A DNA stretch of 28,378 bases from Promethearchaeota archaeon (lineage in GTDB: Archaea > Asgardarchaeota > Lokiarchaeia > Sigyniarchaeales > SOKP01), in the NCBI GenBank assembly GCA_048939015.1, contig JBHLPW010000059.1:1-28378 (forward strand). The letters run 5' to 3'. Below are positions 8,778 through 16,719 of the stretch, in pieces. A program made the position numbers and the translations under genes. How positions within the stretch are numbered: the first letter of the stretch is position 1; every line of letters starts with the position of its first letter. The notes under the pieces are model-generated. The model searched no databases, was not told where the DNA came from, and saw nothing but the letters and a program-made list of their open reading frames with translations.

Positions 8778-9932
8778 ATGTCAACAAAGATTAGTATAGT
8801 AAATGTTAAAGAATATGAATCAGTTTCCCAAGCTGTCGTTGAAGCAATCAAATTAATTGAAAACAGTTTCCATTTTCAATTTTCTGATTCTAATCGAATT
8901 CTATTGAAACCAAATTTACTTACCAAGAAGAAGGATGCTTGTACTCAACCTAGTTTTGTTGAAGGTGTAATTTCTTATCTAAAAGAGAAAGGTATACCCA
9001 TAAAAAACGTGTCTGTAGGAGATTCTCCTGGACAGACTGGATATACAGCTTCTGATGTTGCAAAAGAAATTGGATTATTTGAAATTTGTGAAAAATATGG
9101 AATAGATATTATTGATTTTGAAAGTGATGTTCCTCTGATTCAAAAAATCGAAGGAGCCATAAGATTAAAAGAAATCCGTGTAGCTCAAGCAGTTAAAGAT
9201 TGTGATATACTAATTAGTTTGCCTCGTCTAAAGTCTCATATAGAAGCGACGATGACAGGAGCAATGAAAAATTATTGGGGAATTATACAAGGAGGATTAA
9301 AAGCTCAATATCATTTGCTTGGAAAAACTGCTCAACAATTTGGAGAAGTACTTGCTGATAATTTTTCATGGGTGGTGAAAAACAAACCAAAAAGATTAAT
9401 TGTCTACGATTTACAGGAAATAATGGAAGGAAGGTTTGGTCCAGGAGGAGGATCTATGAAACAATGGGATTTAATACTAGCTGGAACAGATGAAGTAGCA
9501 CTTGATGTGATCGCCTTGGAGATTGGTAAAGTAAAGATAAAAAATGTTCCACATGTTAAAAATGCAATAAAGCGAAACTTAGGGATTGGAGATTTGGATG
9601 ATATAGAAATTGTAGGAATGTCACTTGAAGAAGCTAAAAAGAGAACTCCTAAATTTAAAGTTCCTGGAAATAGGATCACGAAATTTATCGCTTACATGTC
9701 AGGACATATAGGATATAAAATAATAAAACAAGTGCCAAATTTAATTAAAAAAAAATGTGCTAAATGTGGTCAGTGTGCTGAAATTTGTCCTGCAAAAGCA
9801 ATAGAATTTATAGAAGGTAATTACCCAATATTTTCAAGAAAAACTTGTATTTCTTGTCTTTGTTGTGCAGAATTATGTCCTGAAAATGCAATTAAAGCAA
9901 AAAGTAGGGGTATTGGAGGTATATTTAGTTAA
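8778..9932 (+). CDS. DUF362 family protein with C-terminal 2x[4Fe-4S] ferredoxin domain
   Basis: 'ILLKPNL', 'VGDSPG', 'PRLKSH', 'TGAMKN..G', 'D.VALD'. Two CxxCxxCxxxCP motifs (CAKCGQCAEICP, CISCLCCAELCP). ATG at 8778. Confidence 0.9.
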   Translation: MSTKISIVNVKEYESVSQAVVEAIKLIENSFHFQFSDSNRILLKPNLLTKKKDACTQPSFVEGVISYLKEKGIPIKNVSVGDSPGQTGYTASDVAKEIGLFEICEKYGIDIIDFESDVPLIQKIEGAIRLKEIRVAQAVKDCDILISLPRLKSHIEATMTGAMKNYWGIIQGGLKAQYHLLGKTAQQFGEVLADNFSWVVKNKPKRLIVYDLQEIMEGRFGPGGGSMKQWDLILAGTDEVALDVIALEIGKVKIKNVPHVKNAIKRNLGIGDLDDIEIVGMSLEEAKKRTPKFKVPGNRITKFIAYMSGHIGYKIIKQVPNLIKKKCAKCGQCAEICPAKAIEFIEGNYPIFSRKTCISCLCCAELCPENAIKAKSRGIGGIFS

Positions 9933-11347
9933 ATGCATCTGTTTTTAACAAATTCTGAATAATTTTTTAGGAAATAATAATATGACATTCTGGTATTAAG
10001 AATCGAATCATATTGAATAAATTCATTTTCAGAATGGGCAAATCCGCCAATACCTAAGCCACCAGTTATAAAATTCAACCCCAATTCTCTTTGAATTTTA
10101 CTTAATGGTGCTGCTGCTGCGCTTATTGGCCATAATTCAGTTTTAAGATTTAAATTTTCTGCACTCTTTATAAGGCTTTTAACCAGAATAGAGTCTTTGC
10201 TTACTCGAGAACTCTCATAGCCAATATTTTTTGTAATTTCAATTTGAGAGTTTGTACTTTTGGAGAATATATCAATCTTTTCTTTAATTTCATTAAATAT
10301 TTCTTTAATTGTGATATTATGAGCAAATCTAATATCAATATTGCAAATAGCTTGATTAGGTACATAATTTTTTGTCCCTTTTTGCAAATATCCTGACTTT
10401 AAAGTAGAAATATTAAATGTGGGTTTATATAAATAGTCAATAAATGCTTGTTGAGAGTCTACTTCGATTGTTTGTTCAATCCCTGCTTTACGTTTTATTT
10501 TTTCTAGATCCAATTCACTCAAGAGATTATTTAGGAGATAGTTTTCTTCAGTAGTAATTTTATAAGGCCTTTTTAAACTATTAATTTGAAATTGATTATT
10601 TGAATAAATTGTATTAAGTAAAGATACTAAATCTGTAGCGGGATTTGGGATCATTCCACTGAAAGCTGAATGTGGCTCTTTATTCTTAGATGATATTTTA
10701 ATTGTTATTGACAATATTCCTTTATAACCTAATTTTAAAACTGATTTTCCATTTAAATCCTGTTTTGTTGCAGGATAATAAGCATCTTTACAATTTTTAA
10801 ATGTTTCCTTACAATTTCTCTTTTCAAGGAATTTTAATAATGAGGGAGATCCTTTTTCCTCTTCACCATCGAATAAAAGAGTTAAAGATATTGGTAATTT
10901 TTCTTTATCCTTTAATACTTTCACAATATTTAAGAAACATAATAAAGGTGTTTTTGAATTATATGCACCTCTTGCTATAATACAAGTTCCTAAATTATTG
11001 AGTGGTGGAGGAAGTATTTTTAACTCCGCTTCAAACGGGTTACTGATCCATCCATCATGTCTACTAATAGGTTGAGTATCGTACATCATATAGATTAAAA
11101 GCGAGTGATCAATATCTCCTTGTATTTTAGCAATTATAAGAGGATTAATTTCACCTTCATATTCCTTTATTTCTTCATAAATATCAGATATATAAGTAAT
11201 TAGATAATCTTTAGCCCTTACTATCCCTTCATGATTTAGTGTATTACTTGGAATTTGTAAGAAGGGACGTAATTTCTTTTCAATAAATTCTTTATTAGAT
11301 TTTTGTATAATATCAATTATTTGTGTTTCAGAATTCGCTTTTTTCAT
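9929..11347 (-). CDS. M20/M25/M40 family metallohydrolase (dipeptidase/deacylase-like) with atypical metal-ligand motifs
   Basis: 'YMMYDTQP', 'W.SNPFE', 'ARGAYNSK', 'GEEEKGSP', 'HSA..G...NP', 'IDIRF', 'AHSENE'. Confidence 0.85.
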   Translation of the reverse strand: MKKANSETQIIDIIQKSNKEFIEKKLRPFLQIPSNTLNHEGIVRAKDYLITYISDIYEEIKEYEGEINPLIIAKIQGDIDHSLLIYMMYDTQPISRHDGWISNPFEAELKILPPPLNNLGTCIIARGAYNSKTPLLCFLNIVKVLKDKEKLPISLTLLFDGEEEKGSPSLLKFLEKRNCKETFKNCKDAYYPATKQDLNGKSVLKLGYKGILSITIKISSKNKEPHSAFSGMIPNPATDLVSLLNTIYSNNQFQINSLKRPYKITTEENYLLNNLLSELDLEKIKRKAGIEQTIEVDSQQAFIDYLYKPTFNISTLKSGYLQKGTKNYVPNQAICNIDIRFAHNITIKEIFNEIKEKIDIFSKSTNSQIEITKNIGYESSRVSKDSILVKSLIKSAENLNLKTELWPISAAAAPLSKIQRELGLNFITGGLGIGGFAHSENEFIQYDSILNTRMSYYYFLKNYSEFVKNRCI

Positions 11348-11424
11348 ATGTATTATTATAATTGAATAGTTTTATTTAATTTTCTAAATTTACAGAAACT
11401 GAATTATATTATTATGTGAAGTAT

Positions 11425-11799
11425 ATGAATGATTCTCGTTCAGATAAATTTAGAGAGGTTTCTCAAATTATAAATGAGATTAAAGATAAAGCAAACCTAG
11501 ATGGAATAATTTTTGCCAATAAAGATGGAGCACTTATAAGTGAAAGTATAGGAAATGAATTAAATAGTAAAAAAATTGCTTCAATGTGTGCTACTGTCTT
11601 AGAAAGTGCTGTTGGTATTGGAGATTCTATAGGTAATCAAAAAATAAAAAAAATTATTGCTGAATTAGAAGAAAAAACAATATTTATTTTGGAGTGTGAT
11701 AGCTCAACATTCTTTATAATAATCATAAATCGAGAATCCCATATTTCATATACCATGAATAAATTAGAGGAAGTAATCCAAAAAGTTAATAAAAGATAA
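11425..11799 (+). CDS. Roadblock/LC7 domain protein (divergent)
   Basis: 'GIIFANKDGALISE', 'IASMCATVLESAVGIG', 'KKIIAELEE'. Roadblock size and beta/alpha pattern. ATG at 11425 or GTG at 11416. Confidence 0.85.
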   Translation: MNDSRSDKFREVSQIINEIKDKANLDGIIFANKDGALISESIGNELNSKKIASMCATVLESAVGIGDSIGNQKIKKIIAELEEKTIFILECDSSTFFIIIINRESHISYTMNKLEEVIQKVNKR

Positions 11800-11850
11800 T
11801 CTGAAATCAGATCGCTTTTAGAGATTCTATTTTATGATAAGGTTTAATTA

Positions 11851-13569
11851 TTATAAATGGTTCATCCAATCTTTATCCAATTTTTTCAAAGAAGATTCAA
11901 TTTCCTTTCTCACATCCCAATTATCATCATGGATTGCTGCAATTAGTGGTTTAATTGCGTCTTTATTTCCGATTTCACCTAAAGCTTTAGCCGCAGATAA
12001 TCGTATTTTAACATCATTTTCTTTTAATAATTGCAGAAATGGGTCAATAGAATCCACATCTTTAAGTTTTCCTAAAGCCATAGCAGCCCAACTTTTAATA
12101 TAGACATCTTCATCGTTTAGGCAGGAAATGAGAGAGTTCAATGATTCTTTGCTACCCGTTCTTAATAAAATTTTTACTGCAGCTCTTCGAGTCCTCCAAT
12201 TTTCACTTTTCAAAGATTCAATCGCAAATTCAATTACTTGTTTACTATCAAATTTAATTAATGCGTCTATAGCTGCTCTCCTTACGCTACCGTTTTCATC
12301 TTCGATTAAATTAAAGACATAATCTAGAGTATTAGAGTCAGCAATTTCACCAACAATTTTAACACAAAACATTCTAACTTGCCAAGATTTATCTGAAAGG
12401 GAGTTGATAATCTTGTTATCAAGTTTATTATCTAAAATTCGTAAGAGAGAACGGTAAGCAGAACCACGTAAACTTGCTACTTTACTATTAAAAACTGATA
12501 TTAATAGATCAATTGCATTTGTATCCTTTAGCATTCCTAATATTTTAATTGCTTCTCTTCTAGCAAATATATTTCTTCCTTTCACAAGTTCATAAAGAGG
12601 TGTATATGATTTACTTTTCTTGAGAATTTTATATATAGCATTTTTTGCAATATTTCTGATTTTAGCATCATTTTCTTTTAATAATTCTATTAAAGGATTA
12701 TGCGCTCTTTTACTACCCGTATTGCCTAAAACTCGAATAACTTCTTTCCTTAAATCAGTATCTTGAGTTTTTAGCAGATCTATAATATGTTTAACATTCC
12801 TTAATTCAATGATTCCATCTAAGGCTTTTACTGAATTCTTCCGTACTATTGAATCCTTATCTTTTAGAAGGTCCAACAATATATTCTCACTCTCCTTATT
12901 TTTTATTTTTCCGAGGATTACTGGTATTTCTCTCTTGATATATAAATCATCAGTATTAACATATTCATTGATGGCTTGTAGATTTCCCTTTTTCCCTATT
13001 TTTACAATAGTATCTATTAGAGATTTGTATATTTCTATGTTTCTAAAATGAAGCACATCCAATAATGGTGATATTGCGTCGCTAGCATCTGTTTTTCCTA
13101 GTAAAATAACAGCTTCCTTTTTTACAGCAATATCAGAATCATTTAACGCATCAATAAAGAAGGATATAGAACCATTTAAATTTCCTTCTCCTAGCTTTTC
13201 AAGTATTTTTTTTCTTACTGAACCATCTTTACAGTTTTTATATTGTTCTTTTAAGAAATTAATCCCATCCATTTCGTAGCAATCTGCTAATAAATTAACT
13301 AATTGTAGTCTTAATTGGGGATGTTGATCATTTAAAAAAACACGTTTTAAGTCTTGAAAACGATCCTTTTTAATATCCCTATAAGTATTTAAAATTTCAA
13401 CCGCTTTAGTTTTCTCTTCTATAATCTTTGATGTAGACAATATTGAAAGAAGTAATTCAACTGCTTCATTTTCATCCATAGATTTTATTTTTTCAGATAT
13501 TAGGTCACTCTCAAAACTCAAGTTCAAAACCTTAAAATTTATGAAATATATGTAGAGTAAAGAACACAA
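11851..13569 (-). CDS. HEAT-repeat (PBS-lyase type) alpha-solenoid protein
   Basis: Roughly 15 tandem ~31-aa repeats of type 'L.D.D..VR..A...LG.IG...A...L'. Start is uncertain: TTG 13521 or ATG 13479 is more plausible than 13569. Confidence 0.92.
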   Translation of the reverse strand: MCSLLYIYFINFKVLNLSFESDLISEKIKSMDENEAVELLLSILSTSKIIEEKTKAVEILNTYRDIKKDRFQDLKRVFLNDQHPQLRLQLVNLLADCYEMDGINFLKEQYKNCKDGSVRKKILEKLGEGNLNGSISFFIDALNDSDIAVKKEAVILLGKTDASDAISPLLDVLHFRNIEIYKSLIDTIVKIGKKGNLQAINEYVNTDDLYIKREIPVILGKIKNKESENILLDLLKDKDSIVRKNSVKALDGIIELRNVKHIIDLLKTQDTDLRKEVIRVLGNTGSKRAHNPLIELLKENDAKIRNIAKNAIYKILKKSKSYTPLYELVKGRNIFARREAIKILGMLKDTNAIDLLISVFNSKVASLRGSAYRSLLRILDNKLDNKIINSLSDKSWQVRMFCVKIVGEIADSNTLDYVFNLIEDENGSVRRAAIDALIKFDSKQVIEFAIESLKSENWRTRRAAVKILLRTGSKESLNSLISCLNDEDVYIKSWAAMALGKLKDVDSIDPFLQLLKENDVKIRLSAAKALGEIGNKDAIKPLIAAIHDDNWDVRKEIESSLKKLDKDWMNHL

Positions 13570-13648
13570 AAAGAATCTTTGAAATAGTAATAAAAAGTTG
13601 ATTTATTTATTTTTATTCTTTTAGAAAACATGCTTTAAAGTGTAGAAA

Positions 13649-14491
13649 ATGCCTAATCTTGTTATTAGAGAACCGACTAGCAAAGAAATTTCAAATTGTA
13701 TAGAAGTTTTATATGCTGCTTTTGGTAGAACTCCTCCAGAAGACATTCTTGCAGAAGAAAAAATATGGAAGGCTTTAATAGATAGTGAAATTGGAAAATT
13801 CCTCGTTTCTGAAGATAAAGGAAGAATTATAGGCTTAGGGGGTATCTTTTTATTCGGAAAAGTCAGTACATTTGGATATCTGGCTGTACTGCCAGAATAC
13901 AGAGGAAAAGGAATAGGAACAGAAATATTTACAAATTTACTGGATATTTCAAATAAAATGAATTGTGAAACTAAGATTTTATATGCTTCGAAATTAGGAG
14001 AACCGATTTATAAGAAATTTGGTTTTGAGAGAAGATTTTATGGTGAAATGTATAAATTACCTGTATGTTTTCCAAATTTAGGAATTGATCATAAAGAAAT
14101 CAATATTTTGAGTAATGTTCCAGATTGGGTATTAGCTTTAGATAAAGAAACAATGGGATTTGATAGAACTAAATATTTGAAATTGAAAATTAAATTAGGG
14201 AATAGAATCTTGGCATTTGAAAATGAGGGATATGGATTATTAGCAAATAAACGATTAGGTCCCTTAATTGCAAGAAATATGGAGGTTACTCAACATATTA
14301 TACACAAAAGTATACAACTAGGAGCTGAACATCTAATTATTGCAGAACATCAACATCTATCAAAAGAGTTTATTAGAACAATGACATTTACTAAAATGGA
14401 AGATAGAGGGAGTGTTAAGATGGTATGTGGTAAAGAGGTTCCCGAAAAACTAGAGTTATTGTTTGCAATAGGTACATTCGCAAAAGGATAA
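13649..14491 (+). CDS. GNAT family N-acetyltransferase (YitH-like tandem GNAT)
   Basis: 'LAVLPEYRGKGIGTEIF', 'LYASKLGEPIYKKFGF'. C-terminal 'LDKETMGFDR', 'GYGL', 'RLGPLIA' resemble YitH-type second domain. Confidence 0.88.
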   Translation: MPNLVIREPTSKEISNCIEVLYAAFGRTPPEDILAEEKIWKALIDSEIGKFLVSEDKGRIIGLGGIFLFGKVSTFGYLAVLPEYRGKGIGTEIFTNLLDISNKMNCETKILYASKLGEPIYKKFGFERRFYGEMYKLPVCFPNLGIDHKEINILSNVPDWVLALDKETMGFDRTKYLKLKIKLGNRILAFENEGYGLLANKRLGPLIARNMEVTQHIIHKSIQLGAEHLIIAEHQHLSKEFIRTMTFTKMEDRGSVKMVCGKEVPEKLELLFAIGTFAKG

Positions 14492-14589
14492 TTTAGTTGA
14501 AGGGACTGATTAAAATAAATCATAAACTAAAAAAGTCAGAATAGATGAAATAAAAAAAATAGCAATTATAAATTTTTAATAAAAAATAT

Positions 14590-15603
14590 GTGATGGTTAT
14601 GGCAGAAATTGAATTATGGCAACTTTATAGAAAAATGCTATTTAGTCGCCTTTTTGAGAATGCAGTTCAGGATTTATGGGAAAAAGGAAAGATTTCAGGA
14701 GAAATGCATCTTGGAACTGGAGAAGAGGCCATAATAGTGGGTGTAGTTTCACAATTAGAACAAGGTGATGCTATCGCAGTTGATCATCGTGGAACACCTC
14801 CCTTTTTGCTCAGAGGAATTGATCCTGTTTTATTATTATTAGAGTTCTTAGGTCATTCCAAAGGTTTATGTGCAGGTCAAGGAGGTCATATGCATCTTTT
14901 CTCGAAAGAACATCTAATCGCCTCTTCAGGTATTGTAGGATCATCCGGTCCGGCAGCTACGGGTTTTGCTTTAGCTTTGAAATATAAAGAGCAAAAAAAT
15001 ATTGCGGTTGCATTCTTTGGAGAAGGAGCAATAAATCAAGGTATGATGCTTGAATCAATGAACTTGGCTTCTGTTTGGGATTTACCTGTCCTGTTTGTGT
15101 GTAAAGATAATGATTGGGCAATTAGTACAGATACAAATGATACTAGAGGAGGGAGTTTGATAGATAGAGCAAAGGGTTTTGGTATTGAGGGATATGAAGT
15201 TGATGGAAAGGATGTAGAAGCAGTTTGGAAAACAGCAAACGAAGCAATTTCAAAAATCCGTAGTGATAATAGACCTCAATTTATTCATGCACATTGTGTG
15301 CACACAGAAGGCCATTTTCTTGGAGATCCACTGCTCAGATATCAGCGAAATCCTAAATTATTAGCTGAAGTAGCCGAATCTCTCAAGGAATACCCAGGCG
15401 AAAGTTTAGATGAGATTCTTCTACTTTTTCGGAAAATTGGTGGTCAAACTAAGAAAAAAGTAGATCCAATAGTTATTACTCAAAAAAAATTAAAAAACGA
15501 ACCAGATCGTCTTAAAGAGATAGAAGAAGAGGTCTCAAAGGAAATAGAGGAAATTATTAATAAATCTTTAGAAATTTTTGAAGGAGGGATGAAAAATGCC
15601 TAG
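14590..15603 (+). CDS. TPP-dependent 2-oxoacid/acetoin dehydrogenase E1 component, alpha subunit
   Basis: 'ISGEMHLGTGEEA', 'DHRG', 'GQGGHMH', 'SGIVG', TPP motif 'FFGEGAINQG...CKDNDWAIS', 'GHFLGDP'. Start may be ATG 14593 or 14599. Confidence 0.92.
   Translation: MMVMAEIELWQLYRKMLFSRLFENAVQDLWEKGKISGEMHLGTGEEAIIVGVVSQLEQGDAIAVDHRGTPPFLLRGIDPVLLLLEFLGHSKGLCAGQGGHMHLFSKEHLIASSGIVGSSGPAATGFALALKYKEQKNIAVAFFGEGAINQGMMLESMNLASVWDLPVLFVCKDNDWAISTDTNDTRGGSLIDRAKGFGIEGYEVDGKDVEAVWKTANEAISKIRSDNRPQFIHAHCVHTEGHFLGDPLLRYQRNPKLLAEVAESLKEYPGESLDEILLLFRKIGGQTKKKVDPIVITQKKLKNEPDRLKEIEEEVSKEIEEIINKSLEIFEGGMKNA
15581..15587 (+). promoter_or_regulatory. Shine-Dalgarno AAGGAGG for E1 beta (translational coupling)
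   Basis: SD lies within the E1 alpha 3' end, 8 nt before ATG 15596. The genes overlap by 8 bp. Confidence 0.65.
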
Positions 15604-16606
15604 ACTAGGATTCGCTCAAGCAATTGAAAGTGTGATAGCCAAAGCAATGGAAGAAGATGAAAATATTATTATTTTAGGAGAAGATGTACATGGATTGCGA
15701 CCAAATCTATTCGCCCATTTTGGCAAAAAGAGAATAGTGCCCACCCCCATAAGTGAAAGTGCGTTTGTTGGAGCTGCAGTTACAGCAGCAATGGCAGGAT
15801 TACGTCCTATTGTAGAAATTATGATTGTAGATTTTGTTGGTGTTACCATGGATGCCATCTTGAATCATGCAGCGAAAATACATTACTTTTCTGGAAATAA
15901 TTGGGAGGTTCCTCTAGTTATAAGAACTGCATGTGGTGGCGGTTACGGTGATGCTGGGCAACACGAACAGAGTCTATGGGGATGGTTAGCTCATATACCA
16001 GGACTAAATATTGTTGTTCCTTCCAATCCAGCTGATGCTGGTGGATTGATGCTCTCATCTATATATGAAAATAATCCAGTAATATATTTTGAACATAAAT
16101 TATTATCAGATTACTGGTTAGATTTTATGGGGAGTGGAGGGAGAACAACGGTTTCTTTTGATGTTCCAGAAAAAGGAATAGATGGAGAGGTACCAGATAT
16201 ATGGAAACCAATTCCTTTAGGAAAATTAAATAAAATGAGAGATGGAAATGATATTACATTAGTTAGTGTTGGCGTCGGTGTTCATCGTTCTATTGAAGTT
16301 GCTAACATTTTAGAAGGAAAAGGAATTTCTGCTGAAGTGTTAGATCTGAGGTGTCTAGCCCCTCTAGATATTGAAGGATTGAAAAGTTCAGTAGGTAAAA
16401 CAGGAGCCCTCCTAGTCATTGATGAAGATTATAAGAATTTTGGGCTTTCAGGTGAAATTTGTGCCATTCTTTTAGAAAATGAAATATCGTTTAAGTTCGG
16501 TCGTGTTTGTACAGAAACAACTATTCCATATTCGAGAGAATTAGAGGACCAAGTACTGCCGAATACCAAAAGGATTGTTGAAGAATCTCTTAAAATTTTA
16601 AAATAA
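15596..16606 (+). CDS. 2-oxoacid/acetoin dehydrogenase E1 component, beta subunit
   Basis: 'LGEDV', 'TPISESAFVGAAV', 'GLRPIVEIM..DF', 'GQHEQS', 'IPGL.IVVPSNPADA.GL', 'PVIYFEHKLL', 'DLRCLAPLD'. Confidence 0.93.
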   Translation: MPRLGFAQAIESVIAKAMEEDENIIILGEDVHGLRPNLFAHFGKKRIVPTPISESAFVGAAVTAAMAGLRPIVEIMIVDFVGVTMDAILNHAAKIHYFSGNNWEVPLVIRTACGGGYGDAGQHEQSLWGWLAHIPGLNIVVPSNPADAGGLMLSSIYENNPVIYFEHKLLSDYWLDFMGSGGRTTVSFDVPEKGIDGEVPDIWKPIPLGKLNKMRDGNDITLVSVGVGVHRSIEVANILEGKGISAEVLDLRCLAPLDIEGLKSSVGKTGALLVIDEDYKNFGLSGEICAILLENEISFKFGRVCTETTIPYSRELEDQVLPNTKRIVEESLKILK

Positions 16607-16719
16607 TAATTTTTATTTTCTTAATTTTGTTAAATATTTTTAATTAAACAAACTGTATATTAATCACATATAGCCTATTATTGAATATTGAAATTCAATT
16701 AGATGATATTTAATAGAAT

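Noticed and set aside
11851-13569. HEAT protein as a coat adaptin/importin orthologue
   Set aside because: Repeats are short PBS-lyase-type HEATs, widespread in prokaryotes. No appendage or other adaptin-specific domain is visible.
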